Assembly: GCA_039802265.1 (NCBI GenBank)
Contig: JBDRWI010000020.1
Location: forward strand, 1-35,327
Direction: 5' to 3'
Length of the DNA: 35,327 nt
Source: a candidate division WOR-3 bacterium
GTDB taxonomy: Bacteria; Hydrothermota; Tepidihabitantia; SM23-42; JAOAFX01
Part shown: positions 17,565 through 26,424 of the stretch, piece by piece
Layout: each line of letters begins with the position of its first letter
Position numbering within the stretch: the stretch's first letter is position 1
Position numbers and translations under genes: made by a program
The notes under the pieces: generated by a model
Told to the model about the DNA's origin: nothing
The model's input: the letters and a program-made list of their open reading frames with translations, nothing else
Database searches by the model: none

Positions 17565-18664
17565 ATTTTATGCGATTTTAAGCCGGTCCCGGTAAAGGTA
17601 GAAACAATCAGCTCTCCTTTCTTTGAGGTTTTCAGATATTTCTTTATACCGGCCACGGCGGTCGCCGAGGTTGGTTCAATATAAATTCCAGAAAGGCAGA
17701 TTTCTTTCCAGGCCTGTTTTATTTCTTTTTCAGTGACCATCAGGATTGTTCCCTTAGATTCTTTTACTGCTAATATAATCTGATTTGCCCGCGGTGGTCT
17801 GCCTACGCTTATTCCTTCAGCAATTGTTGGTTTTATTGCCAAATCAAGGAGACAATTAGTATTGTTTTTGAACATCCGGTAGATTGGTGCACAATTCTGT
17901 GCTTGAACGGCAACAAGTTTAGGAATCTTTTTTATGAGTTTTTGATTCAGTAATTCTTTAAATCCGATGAAGGTGCCCAATAAGAGTGTACCATTACCGA
18001 TGGGCAATACGACCACATCTGGTACTTTCCAGTTTAATTGTTCCGCAACCTCATAGGCGAATGTCTTTGTGCCTTGGAAAAAATATGGGTTATAATAATG
18101 ACTGGCATAATATATCCTTTCCGCAAGTTTCAGGGCAACCCTTGCGGTTTCATCTCTATCACCCCGGACAATATGTAACTTTGCACCATAAGCCTTTATC
18201 TGATTTAATTTTTCTTCACTGGTATTATGAGGAACAAGTACCATACATTCAATACCTGCCTTTGCACAATATGCGCTTATCGCACTTCCAGCATTACCCG
18301 AAGAATCAATCAGGACTTTTTTTATATTTAGTTCTTTAATTTTACTTACCAAAACCGATGCACCACGGTCTTTGAATGAACCGGTGGGAAATAGAAAATC
18401 CATTTTGAAGAGCACTGACTTTTTTTCTATTTGAATCTCAATGAGGGGAGTGGCTTCTTCATTGAAACTTACGATATTTCTGTCGTCTTTAATGGGAATC
18501 ACTTCTCTGTATCGCCACATACCTGGTAATTTCCCGTTTAATTTTTTTGATGGAAATTTATTTTTTATCTCTATATCAAGAAGACCACCACATATACAGC
18601 GCCACACAGGTTGGTCGTCAGAGAATTTTTTCCCACAGGTCCGACAGATAAGCGTAGTAATCAT
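17561..18664 (-). CDS. thrC: Threonine synthase-like PLP enzyme
   Basis: N-terminal CRTC..C.CGG, PTGSFKDRG (PLP lysine), DSSGNAG, PIGNG, EPTSA, TGTGLK. Confidence 0.8.
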   Translation of the reverse strand: MITTLICRTCGKKFSDDQPVWRCICGGLLDIEIKNKFPSKKLNGKLPGMWRYREVIPIKDDRNIVSFNEEATPLIEIQIEKKSVLFKMDFLFPTGSFKDRGASVLVSKIKELNIKKVLIDSSGNAGSAISAYCAKAGIECMVLVPHNTSEEKLNQIKAYGAKLHIVRGDRDETARVALKLAERIYYASHYYNPYFFQGTKTFAYEVAEQLNWKVPDVVVLPIGNGTLLLGTFIGFKELLNQKLIKKIPKLVAVQAQNCAPIYRMFKNNTNCLLDLAIKPTIAEGISVGRPPRANQIILAVKESKGTILMVTEKEIKQAWKEICLSGIYIEPTSATAVAGIKKYLKTSKKGELIVSTFTGTGLKSHKI

Positions 18665-18671
18665 CGTTGTT

Positions 18672-18699
18672 ATTATATTCCGTAGTTAATGAAAGTCAA
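18672..18699 (-). promoter_or_regulatory. Promoter of thrC-DUF401 (leaderless)
   Basis: TTGACT - 16 bp - TATAAT - 7 nt - ATG. Confidence 0.8.
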
Positions 18700-18787
18700 T
18701 TGTCTTTCTTTTATAAATGATTGGGGAATTAAAAAAAATTCTAATAATTTTATTCGAGTTTAATTGTTGGAATTTATACCAGAATTT

Positions 18788-19336
18788 TTAGACCTTAGAT
18801 CTCCCACAGCACTTTTTATATTTCTTCCCACTTCCACAGGGGCAGGGATTGTTCCGGCCAACCTTTGGTGCCTCTTTAACCGGCAATATATTCTTTGCCG
18901 TTTTTTGTTCTTTACTGGTTGTCTTCTTTTTCTCCTGGATAATTTTGTTGAACTGTTTTGTATTTTCATCAACAAAATTTATAAGCCTTAAGCTATTTTT
19001 TACATATCCCGATTCTCCAAGAAAATTTAAAAGTTTTTTAAGAATTGTTGGTATTTCTTTACCGGTTTCTTTATCATAGGAAAGATTACGCGGTGCAAAT
19101 TCAAGGAGGAAGCGTCTGATATGTTCCTCATTCAATTCGCTAATTTCCTTATGTCGGTCAAAGAAGAGATAGTCGAGGTAACTCTTGACCAGATATGCAG
19201 TGAATTCTTTCTCAGATTTTGCCTTAATTCTAAGCGATTCAGTGAATTCTCGACTCAGGGAATTGGCTAAATGGACAAGCCTTTTCTCCCTTTTTCTTTC
19301 TTCAGATTCCTTTTCTGCGATATCGGTTATTGTCAT
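18788..19336 (-). CDS. SEC-C zinc-motif protein with helical N-terminal domain
   Basis: C-terminal [21 protein letters not shown]. Confidence 0.85.
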   Translation of the reverse strand: MTITDIAEKESEERKREKRLVHLANSLSREFTESLRIKAKSEKEFTAYLVKSYLDYLFFDRHKEISELNEEHIRRFLLEFAPRNLSYDKETGKEIPTILKKLLNFLGESGYVKNSLRLINFVDENTKQFNKIIQEKKKTTSKEQKTAKNILPVKEAPKVGRNNPCPCGSGKKYKKCCGRSKV

Positions 19337-19342
19337 AGGCTA

Positions 19343-19370
19343 ATTTTATTCAAATTCATTAAAAAGTCAA
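19343..19370 (-). promoter_or_regulatory. Promoter of SEC-C gene (leaderless)
   Basis: TTGACT - 16 bp - TAAAAT - 6 nt - ATG. Confidence 0.75.
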
Positions 19371-19416
19371 TGGGTTAGTTGTTAAAAAGAATTAACAAGT
19401 TTGGGAGCAGGTTGCA

Positions 19417-19445
19417 TTGACATATTACACTAAATTAGTTATAAT
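19417..19445 (+). promoter_or_regulatory. Promoter of PKD lipoprotein (leadered; the only 17-bp spacer seen)
   Basis: TTGACA - 17 bp - TATAAT, then SD AAGGGAG and ATG 19468. Confidence 0.75.
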
Positions 19446-19467
19446 GACTAATAATAAGGGAGCGAAT

Positions 19468-20133
19468 ATGAAGTTTTTGATGCTCATTTTTACTGCCGGT
19501 TTTTTAGTATTTTGTCTTACAGGCTGTTCACAAAAGAGCAAACTACCTGCCCCAATAGTCCTGGGACCCGATAATGGGTTTTTAGATTCAACATATCGCT
19601 TTTTTGCATTGATGGAAGATTCTGCTTCAGATAGCATATCTATAAGATTCTCTTGGGGTGATGGTACTGCCTCAGATTGGACAATATTCGGTTCGTATGG
19701 GGATACCTTCTCAATGGTACATTCTTGGTCTCGGATTGGTACATACTCAGTGAAAGCCCAGGCGCGAAATTTAGACAATGAAAAATCTGAATGGTCCAAA
19801 GACCACCTGATTATAATCAGCCAGACCGAAAATAGTCCACCCAATACACCAGCAAAGCCCGATGGCCCAGCATATGGATATGTGGATTCCATATACTATT
19901 TCTCCGCCCGGGCTTTTGATCCAGATTCAGATAGTGTCTCTATCAGATTCTCCTGGGGTGATAATAACATATCTTTCTGGAGTGACTATTTCCCAAGTGG
20001 ATATACAATTACCCTATTTCATAGTTGGAAAGTGCCGGGTATTTATTATATTAATGCTCAGGCGAAAGACCGACACGGTGCAATCTCAGATTGGTCAGAG
20101 CGAGTAAGTATTGAAATTTACGACATGGAGTAA
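19468..20133 (+). CDS. Lipoprotein with two tandem PKD/Ig-like domains (start reassigned to ATG 19468)
   Basis: Lipobox LTGC; duplicated GP..G..DS.Y.F.A...DS.SIRFSWGD...HSW...G.Y...AQA...S.WS unit. Confidence 0.85.
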   Translation: MKFLMLIFTAGFLVFCLTGCSQKSKLPAPIVLGPDNGFLDSTYRFFALMEDSASDSISIRFSWGDGTASDWTIFGSYGDTFSMVHSWSRIGTYSVKAQARNLDNEKSEWSKDHLIIISQTENSPPNTPAKPDGPAYGYVDSIYYFSARAFDPDSDSVSIRFSWGDNNISFWSDYFPSGYTITLFHSWKVPGIYYINAQAKDRHGAISDWSERVSIEIYDME

Positions 20134-20142
20134 GACATATAC

Positions 20143-20216
20143 TGGGCGGTACTGGATTTGAACCAGTGACCTTCGGTATGTGAGACCGACGCTCTAACCA
20201 GCTGAGCTAACCGCCC
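20143..20216 (-). tRNA. tRNA-Val (anticodon CAC), CCA not encoded
   Basis: GGGCGGTTAGCTCAGCTGGTTAGAGCGTCGGTCTCACATACCGAAGGTCACTGGTTCAAATCCAGTACCGCCCA; anticodon arm TCGGT-CTCACAT-ACCGA, T-loop GGTTCAAATCC. Confidence 0.97.
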
Positions 20217-20319
20217 TAACGAATTGTCCATAGTTAATGGGTTTGGAGGCTGGTATGGTCTTTGGTCGTTCATTGATGGTTTTAGACCGGTTTCTCAACC
20301 CCAACCCCTTAACCATCCT

Positions 20320-21234
20320 TTAAAGCTTTAACCTCCACCAGATAAAAATCACAGTTAGCACGCTAAAACCCGATAGACCAAGTATTATCCAGAATGCATA
20401 AGGGTGCCCCTGAAGGGGGAGCGGCACATTCATAGAGAATATTGAAACCACCATCGTTGGCACCATTAGCAAGATAGTGATAATGTTTAAGACCTTTATC
20501 AGGATATTCAAATTATTACTCACGATTGAAGCGCGGGCATCCATTAAACTTGCCAAGATTTCCGAATAATTCTGTGCCTGCTCATAGCACTGATTATTTT
20601 CAATGGTAATGTCATCAAGTAATTCCAAGAGATCTTGTGAAAACTCAAATTTTGATGCATTATGTTTTAACTTTTCAATTAACATACTATTGGAATGTAT
20701 TGCATCAAGATAATAGACCAGACTCTTTTCCAGTGTAAACATGCTGATTAGATAGCGGTTTTCCATAGAACGGTTAATCTTCTGCTCCAGTTCATCGGTT
20801 ATTAAATTAATCACCTTAAGATGGTCAACAAAGTGATGAATGGAGCGATAAATCATTTTCAAAAGTAATTCTTGGAGATCGGAGACATTTGCAAACAGTT
20901 TACCATCAAACAAGGTAATATCCTCGCTGGAGACGATGATCATAAAATTTTTGAAGAGAAAGATACCGATGGTTGGAACCTTAAATAATAACTGGTCGCG
21001 CGCCTCATATTTTTTGGGTCGTTTTAAAATGATAGCAATGTGTTCGGGTTCAAATTCTAAGCGGGCAAGTTCGTTAGGGTCGAGGGCAGAGTTTAAGGTG
21101 TGTTCATCAATTTTATAATTTTCAACAAGTACTCTTTTTTCTTCGTCATCAGGATTTATGAAGTAGTAAATAGGGGCTTTTTCCTTTTCTGTTTCTGCTA
21201 TCTTATTGTTAACAATATCAAATCTCTTTAGCAA
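20320..21234 (-). CDS. corA: CorA-family Mg/Co/Ni transporter
   Basis: ALDPNELARLE, SIVSNNLN..IK.L, FSMNV variant of the GMN motif, two C-terminal TMs; TTG start. Confidence 0.85.
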   Translation of the reverse strand: MLKRFDIVNNKIAETEKEKAPIYYFINPDDEEKRVLVENYKIDEHTLNSALDPNELARLEFEPEHIAIILKRPKKYEARDQLLFKVPTIGIFLFKNFMIIVSSEDITLFDGKLFANVSDLQELLLKMIYRSIHHFVDHLKVINLITDELEQKINRSMENRYLISMFTLEKSLVYYLDAIHSNSMLIEKLKHNASKFEFSQDLLELLDDITIENNQCYEQAQNYSEILASLMDARASIVSNNLNILIKVLNIITILLMVPTMVVSIFSMNVPLPLQGHPYAFWIILGLSGFSVLTVIFIWWRLKL

Positions 21235-21240
21235 CCTTAC

Positions 21241-21849
21241 TCACTCCCGAATGACCCTTCTACCAACAATCCGATATTTACCGGAAAGAACAAGATTAAT
21301 CGCCTCGGTATAAATTCTATGTTCTTCTTGCAGAATTCTTTTGGCTAATGTTTCGGGTGTATCATCATCAAGAACCGGGACAACAGCCTGGGCAATTATT
21401 GGTCCGCCATCTATCGTATCATCAACAAAGTGGACGGTGCAACCAGAATATTTTACTCCATATTCAAGCGCCTTACGCTGTACATCAAGTCCAGGGAAGG
21501 CGGGCAAAAGGGAAGGGTGGATATTCAAGATTCGGTTTGGGAAGGCACGCAGAAGTGGCTGTTTGATAATTCTCATAAATCCGGCAAGGCAGACGAGGTA
21601 GACATCGTGTTCTTTTAAAACCCTTACATAATTCTCTTCGTATTCTGGTAAAAGCCAGGTCTTCTTTGGTCCGGGGTCAAGGTATAATGCCTTGATATTA
21701 TGTTCTCTTGCAATTTCTAATGCCCGGGCATTCGGATTATCACTTATAACCAAAACCAGATTGGCGATACAGGTGCCATTCTCTATATTCTTTATTATCG
21801 CCTCAAGATTTGAACCCCTGCCTGACGCCAAGACTGCAATATTTTTCAT
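21241..21849 (-). CDS. purN: Phosphoribosylglycinamide formyltransferase (start reassigned to ATG 21849)
   Basis: IAVLASGRGSNL, LAGFMRI, LNIHPSLLPAFPG, SGCTVHFV, DGGPII, EEH. Confidence 0.97.
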   Translation of the reverse strand: MKNIAVLASGRGSNLEAIIKNIENGTCIANLVLVISDNPNARALEIAREHNIKALYLDPGPKKTWLLPEYEENYVRVLKEHDVYLVCLAGFMRIIKQPLLRAFPNRILNIHPSLLPAFPGLDVQRKALEYGVKYSGCTVHFVDDTIDGGPIIAQAVVPVLDDDTPETLAKRILQEEHRIYTEAINLVLSGKYRIVGRRVIRE

Positions 21850-21854
21850 ATTTG

Positions 21855-21882
21855 ATTTTACCCAAAACATAAGAAAAGTCAA
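21855..21882 (-). promoter_or_regulatory. Promoter of purN-corA-tRNA (leaderless)
   Basis: TTGACT - 16 bp - TAAAAT - 5 nt - ATG. Confidence 0.7.
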
Positions 21883-21885
21883 TGG

Positions 21886-21913
21886 TTGACAAGCATTGGT
21901 ATTTAGGTATAAT
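21886..21913 (+). promoter_or_regulatory. Promoter of HEAT/HD-GYP operon (leaderless)
   Basis: TTGACA - 16 bp - TATAAT - 6 nt - ATG 21920. Confidence 0.82.
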
Positions 21914-21919
21914 TTTTTA

Positions 21920-23455
21920 ATGAGTGAAGAAGTTGAGGAACTTGGATTCTCTTTTGCCAAGACCGTCAAGGCAGCCCAGATTTATGGTACTTCCCATCCC
22001 CAATTTTTAAATTTTTATAATTCTTGCTATCAAAGATTTGTATCTTTTTTGAAGGAATATCACACCCTTAATCTCCAGATCGAACGGTTCAGCATACTAT
22101 ATTTTGGACACACAATATACGAAGAAAAGGAAAAAGAACTGAGTATTGCCTTTAAATTGTTTCGTGATGGAATAAGGGAAATAAGTTTTAGTGAAGGACT
22201 CTCATCTGATGAATTTTTGATATTCTTAGAAACCATCGGTCAATCATCCAAGGACCAGGATATTGCCTTGAATCTGTGGGAATGCGATTTCAAGCACATC
22301 ACTTTTTATGTAGTGGAGGAAGAGGATGAGGATTTGGGTTATAAAATTCCGGAAATTCCGGATTTAAATTTGAATTATGAAGAGAAACTGAACGAAATTC
22401 TGCAAAAGGAGCGGATCAATCTGGGTGAGGTTCTTGCTGTAGATATAAGCCCTGATGAACTTAAAACCATCAAAAAAGAGATTGTAGAATTGGATAGAAG
22501 ACCGCTGACTGGGATTGCAGTTAATACATTAATAAATATTCTTAAGACAGAAAAATCGCCCACGGTAATTGAAAGCCTTTCCGAGCTTTTAGAATTTTGT
22601 ATTAACAAAAGGGATTTTAACAATGCCTTTAGTATTCTGCATAAATTACAAAGTTACCCGGACATAAATATTATAGAGAAATTTGAGAATGAGATTACAA
22701 TAAGAGGGTTTTCGAATATCGTGAACACAATCAACGACCGCACCTTCAGCGAATTTTTGTCCTTTATTGGTTTCTTCTCCAAGAGGTCTATCCCACATTT
22801 TTTAAAAATTCTACCCGTAATAGCAAAAAGAGAGAGAATAGAGGCGATGAGAAATCTTTTGGCATATATCTGTCAGGGAGATCCGACGCCCGTCCTCGAT
22901 TTATTAAAGGAAGATAACATAAAAATTAAGATAAACGCGGTGGCAATTCTGGGGATAATTAAATCAAAAGAGGCAATCCCCTATCTTTTGCAACTTTCAT
23001 TGCATCCCGATGAGGATTTGAGGATTGAGATTATTCAAGCATTCAGTCAGATGAATGAGTCAAAGTTGATCGTTCCTTTTCTGGAGGACCCGAGTTCGCG
23101 AATCAGGATAAAGGCATTGCAGACACTTACTACCAATAGATATCAGGCACTGTATAATAAAATTCTCAAGAAAATCAAAAACAAAAAATTCTTTGAATTG
23201 GATATAAATGAACAAAAGGAATATTTCAACTATCTGGTTGCCAACGGGGGTGAAAAAATTATTAAAGAACTTAAGGGTATGCTCTTTAAATGGCTTCTCT
23301 TCGGACGCAGGCGTTATCAGGTTGTTCGCCGTCTGGCGGCTATGGCACTTGCCCAGATTTCTGATGAGAATGCGGTGAAAATTCTACAAAATGGATTGAA
23401 GAGGAGAGATCGTGATATAAGGAGCGCCTGCGAACAGGCATTGAGAATAAAATGA
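21920..23455 (+). CDS. HEAT-repeat protein (start reassigned to ATG 21920)
   Basis: Repeats IKINAVAILG, DEDLRIEIIQAF, SSRIRIKALQTL, VRRLAAMALA, DIRSACEQAL. Confidence 0.85.
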   Translation: MSEEVEELGFSFAKTVKAAQIYGTSHPQFLNFYNSCYQRFVSFLKEYHTLNLQIERFSILYFGHTIYEEKEKELSIAFKLFRDGIREISFSEGLSSDEFLIFLETIGQSSKDQDIALNLWECDFKHITFYVVEEEDEDLGYKIPEIPDLNLNYEEKLNEILQKERINLGEVLAVDISPDELKTIKKEIVELDRRPLTGIAVNTLINILKTEKSPTVIESLSELLEFCINKRDFNNAFSILHKLQSYPDINIIEKFENEITIRGFSNIVNTINDRTFSEFLSFIGFFSKRSIPHFLKILPVIAKRERIEAMRNLLAYICQGDPTPVLDLLKEDNIKIKINAVAILGIIKSKEAIPYLLQLSLHPDEDLRIEIIQAFSQMNESKLIVPFLEDPSSRIRIKALQTLTTNRYQALYNKILKKIKNKKFFELDINEQKEYFNYLVANGGEKIIKELKGMLFKWLLFGRRRYQVVRRLAAMALAQISDENAVKILQNGLKRRDRDIRSACEQALRIK

Positions 23456-24816
23456 ACGATTATAAAACCGGCAAACAATTCATTATCCTTTTTTATGCCC
23501 TTGTGAAATCATCCTGGGTTTACGATCCGAATAATGATGTTGTGCTCAATATTGCTCACCGGTTAATTGAATACCTTAATAACCTCCTGGATGAGTTCCA
23601 CAGCGTTGAAATTCTGCGTTATCGGGATTATATCTTTTTTAACAAGACACGGCTCAGATTTGAGATAGAGGGATATGCCAGTTTACAGTTTGTTGAGGAG
23701 GTTTTAAAGAAATTGGGGATAAAATCTATTACCCTTTATCCAGGATTAAAGATTGAGGAGATTATCAGGTTTAGTTCAATTTTAAAAAATGATAGGGAGT
23801 CATTTGCAAAAGAGTATATTTTTGGTGATTATAGTTCAATCCGGGTTGAGTATGTGTCAGAACTGGAAGAGGCACCAGAATTTTTAAAAGACGGTGAGCA
23901 AATCAAAAGGACATACTTCAAGTCATTAACCACAACCAGAAATTTAATTCATGGCCTCTGGACCAGACAATCGGTTGATACCAAAAAATTTCGCAGGGTA
24001 ATCTATATGCTCATTGATACCCTTGCTCAGGATGAATTTGGGTTAATTGCCCTTACGACCATAAAGAATTTTGATGAGTATACCTATAACCATTCCCTGA
24101 ATGTCGGGATTCTCTCGCTGGCAGTTGGTCAGCGTCTGGATCTGGAGAAAAGAAATCTGATTAAGCTGGGCACCGCCGGTTTGCTTCATGATATCGGTAA
24201 GGTAAGGCTATCAAAGGAACTCCTATATAAGGAAATGCCTTTGACGGATGAAGAATGGGAAATCCTTAAACTCCATTCTCCCTACAGTGTTGCACAGATA
24301 ATAAAAACACGCGGACTGGATGATATTGCAATGAATGCGTTGATAAGTGCCTACCAGCATCACTGGAACTTTGATGGTACCGGATATCCGGAGGCTGAGG
24401 GGGATGAGAATCGACCTTTATTATTTGCCCGCATTATCAGGATTTGTGACGCTTATGATGCAATGACAACATCAAGGCCCTATCAGCCTCTCCCTTATTT
24501 GCCTGCAGTTGCTATTCGAGTTCTCTGGTCAAAGGCAGGTAAGTTCTTTGATCCGATCCTGGTAAAGGTATTTATCCAACTTATGGGGGTGTATCCAGTT
24601 TCAAGTTGTTTAGAATTGAGTACGGGCGAGGTGGGTATTGTTTTAAGGCAGAATCCGGTCCACCTTGATTTGCCCATTATAAAGATTGTTCGCGATCGGC
24701 AAAAACAAAGAATTGATGGGCCTATAATTGACCTTTCACTTGATAAGAAGGTCTCAATTTTAAAGCCTGTTTATCCACAGCAATATGGAATAAATCCAGC
24801 CACATATTTGTTATAA
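23452..24816 (+). CDS. HD-GYP domain protein (probable cyclic dinucleotide phosphodiesterase)
   Basis: YTYNHSLNV, LLHDIGK, HHWNFDGTGYP, ICDAYDAMT..RPY, FDP..V..F; ATGA overlap with the HEAT gene. Confidence 0.9.
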   Translation: MNDYKTGKQFIILFYALVKSSWVYDPNNDVVLNIAHRLIEYLNNLLDEFHSVEILRYRDYIFFNKTRLRFEIEGYASLQFVEEVLKKLGIKSITLYPGLKIEEIIRFSSILKNDRESFAKEYIFGDYSSIRVEYVSELEEAPEFLKDGEQIKRTYFKSLTTTRNLIHGLWTRQSVDTKKFRRVIYMLIDTLAQDEFGLIALTTIKNFDEYTYNHSLNVGILSLAVGQRLDLEKRNLIKLGTAGLLHDIGKVRLSKELLYKEMPLTDEEWEILKLHSPYSVAQIIKTRGLDDIAMNALISAYQHHWNFDGTGYPEAEGDENRPLLFARIIRICDAYDAMTTSRPYQPLPYLPAVAIRVLWSKAGKFFDPILVKVFIQLMGVYPVSSCLELSTGEVGIVLRQNPVHLDLPIIKIVRDRQKQRIDGPIIDLSLDKKVSILKPVYPQQYGINPATYLL

Positions 24817-24825
24817 GCAATCTTC

Positions 24826-24853
24826 TTGACTCACAGGTTATTTTAAATAAAAT
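24826..24853 (+). promoter_or_regulatory. Promoter of flavoprotein gene (leaderless)
   Basis: TTGACT - 16 bp - TAAAAT - 6 nt - ATG. Confidence 0.75.
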
Positions 24854-24859
24854 GGTATT

Positions 24860-25999
24860 ATGCCTACCAAGGTTTATGATGTCTTTGTCGTTGGTGGTGG
24901 ACCAATCGGAAGTTATACTGCCTATCAACTTGCTGACAAAGGTTTTGAGGTATGTCTGGCTGATAAGAAGCCCCAAATTGGAGATGGTGTGATTTGCGCC
25001 GGTGTAATCAGTAAAGATACCTTCAAGAGATACGACCTCCCGGTAGAATCAATTCTATGTAGGATTGATTCCTTCAGATTTGTTTCTCCCTATGGTCAAA
25101 GGCTTGAATACATCCATCCGGATATATTTGCCTATATTGTTGACCGCGAGGCTTTTGATAGGGGTTTGAAGAATCTTGCACAACATATGGGAGTTCGTAT
25201 CGTTCTTTCAACGAGGATAAAGCGAATTGAAGAAGATGGAAAAAGATACAAGCTCTATTGTCGACCGGGGTGTATTTATTATGCAAGATCAGTGGTTATA
25301 GCAACTGGTATTGATTACAACCTGCAGGTCCAAACAGGTTTGGGTAAACCCGATAAATTTCTTCACGGTGCCCAGATAGAACTACCATTATCTCTTGATA
25401 ATTCAAGAATAGAAATTCATTTAAGTCAGAAGTTTGCCCCTGGTTCTTTTGGCTGGATAGTTCCTTCTGGTAAAAATTGGGCGCGGGTTGGACTTCTTGT
25501 AGACAACCAACCCCGTTTGTATCTTAAGAGGATGCTTGAAGAGAGGATTGATGGATGTGCAATCTGTAATCTCAAAAAAGAATTGAAGACTAAGTTAATT
25601 GCCAATGGTCCGATAAAAAGAAGCGTGAAAGGACGAATAATTGCTGTGGGTGAGGCGGCAGGGCAGATAAAGACAACTACCGGGGGCGGGATTTCATTTG
25701 GACTTTTATGTTCAGAGATTGCGGTAGACAAAATGACCAGAGTGCTTAAAGGAAAGGGAAAACTTGAAGATTATGAAATGACCTGGCGCAGTATTCTCAA
25801 GCCGGAGTTTGATATTGGTCGAGAAATAAGACTGATATCACACAAACTCAGTGATGAAGCCCTGGAAAGATTATTCTCCTTTGTCAAGAAAAATAGGTTC
25901 TGGGTTAAATTTCTTTTACCAAAAATCAATTTTGACTTCCATTCAGACTTGCTCTCGTTTTGTCTTAGAAGTTTCAGTTTGGTGTTAAGGAACTATTGA
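24860..25999 (+). CDS. Geranylgeranyl reductase-family FAD-dependent oxidoreductase
   Basis: VVGGGPIGS, ICAG, DREAFD, APGSFGWIVP, VGEAAGQIKTTTGGGI. Confidence 0.85.
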   Translation: MPTKVYDVFVVGGGPIGSYTAYQLADKGFEVCLADKKPQIGDGVICAGVISKDTFKRYDLPVESILCRIDSFRFVSPYGQRLEYIHPDIFAYIVDREAFDRGLKNLAQHMGVRIVLSTRIKRIEEDGKRYKLYCRPGCIYYARSVVIATGIDYNLQVQTGLGKPDKFLHGAQIELPLSLDNSRIEIHLSQKFAPGSFGWIVPSGKNWARVGLLVDNQPRLYLKRMLEERIDGCAICNLKKELKTKLIANGPIKRSVKGRIIAVGEAAGQIKTTTGGGISFGLLCSEIAVDKMTRVLKGKGKLEDYEMTWRSILKPEFDIGREIRLISHKLSDEALERLFSFVKKNRFWVKFLLPKINFDFHSDLLSFCLRSFSLVLRNY

Positions 26000-26023
26000 C
26001 TTTTTCTATTTTTTTTATATAAT
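25996..26023 (+). promoter_or_regulatory. Promoter of hdrC-hdrB-rpsF operon (leaderless)
   Basis: TTGACT - 16 bp - TATAAT - 7 nt - ATG 26031. Confidence 0.8.
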
Positions 26024-26030
26024 CAAATCT

Positions 26031-26423
26031 ATGAAAAGAATAAAAGCGGATAGTGAATTTATTACTCGGTTACAGGAGATGACGCGGCAGCGTATCAGTG
26101 ATTGTTATCAATGTGGTCGGTGCACTGCGGGGTGTCCCTTTGCTGAATTTATGGATGAACCACCAAACAGGTTGATTCGCTATATTCAACTTGGGTTCAG
26201 GGATGAGGTTCTAAAGGCACAGTCTCCCTGGTTTTGTGCTAGTTGTCTTGTATGCCAGACGCGCTGTCCCCGGGGTGTTGATATACCAAGAATTATGGAG
26301 GGGGTCCGGGCATTACACCTTAGGGCAAAAGAGCAGATTCTTGATGTGGACAAGATTGCGGAAGAGGTTCTCGTCGACGCCCATCCCCTTGCTCTGATGA
26401 GTGCATTACTGAAATACTCTTAA
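26031..26423 (+). CDS. hdrC: Heterodisulfide reductase subunit C-like 2x[4Fe-4S] protein
   Basis: CYQCGRCTAGCP and WFCASCLVCQTRCPRG. Confidence 0.88.
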   Translation: MKRIKADSEFITRLQEMTRQRISDCYQCGRCTAGCPFAEFMDEPPNRLIRYIQLGFRDEVLKAQSPWFCASCLVCQTRCPRGVDIPRIMEGVRALHLRAKEQILDVDKIAEEVLVDAHPLALMSALLKYS

Positions 26424-26424
26424 T

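Noticed and set aside
13721..20216. Genomic island integrated at tRNA-Val
   Set aside because: No integrase and no duplicate of the tRNA 3' end found; the genes use the same promoter grammar as the rest of the window.
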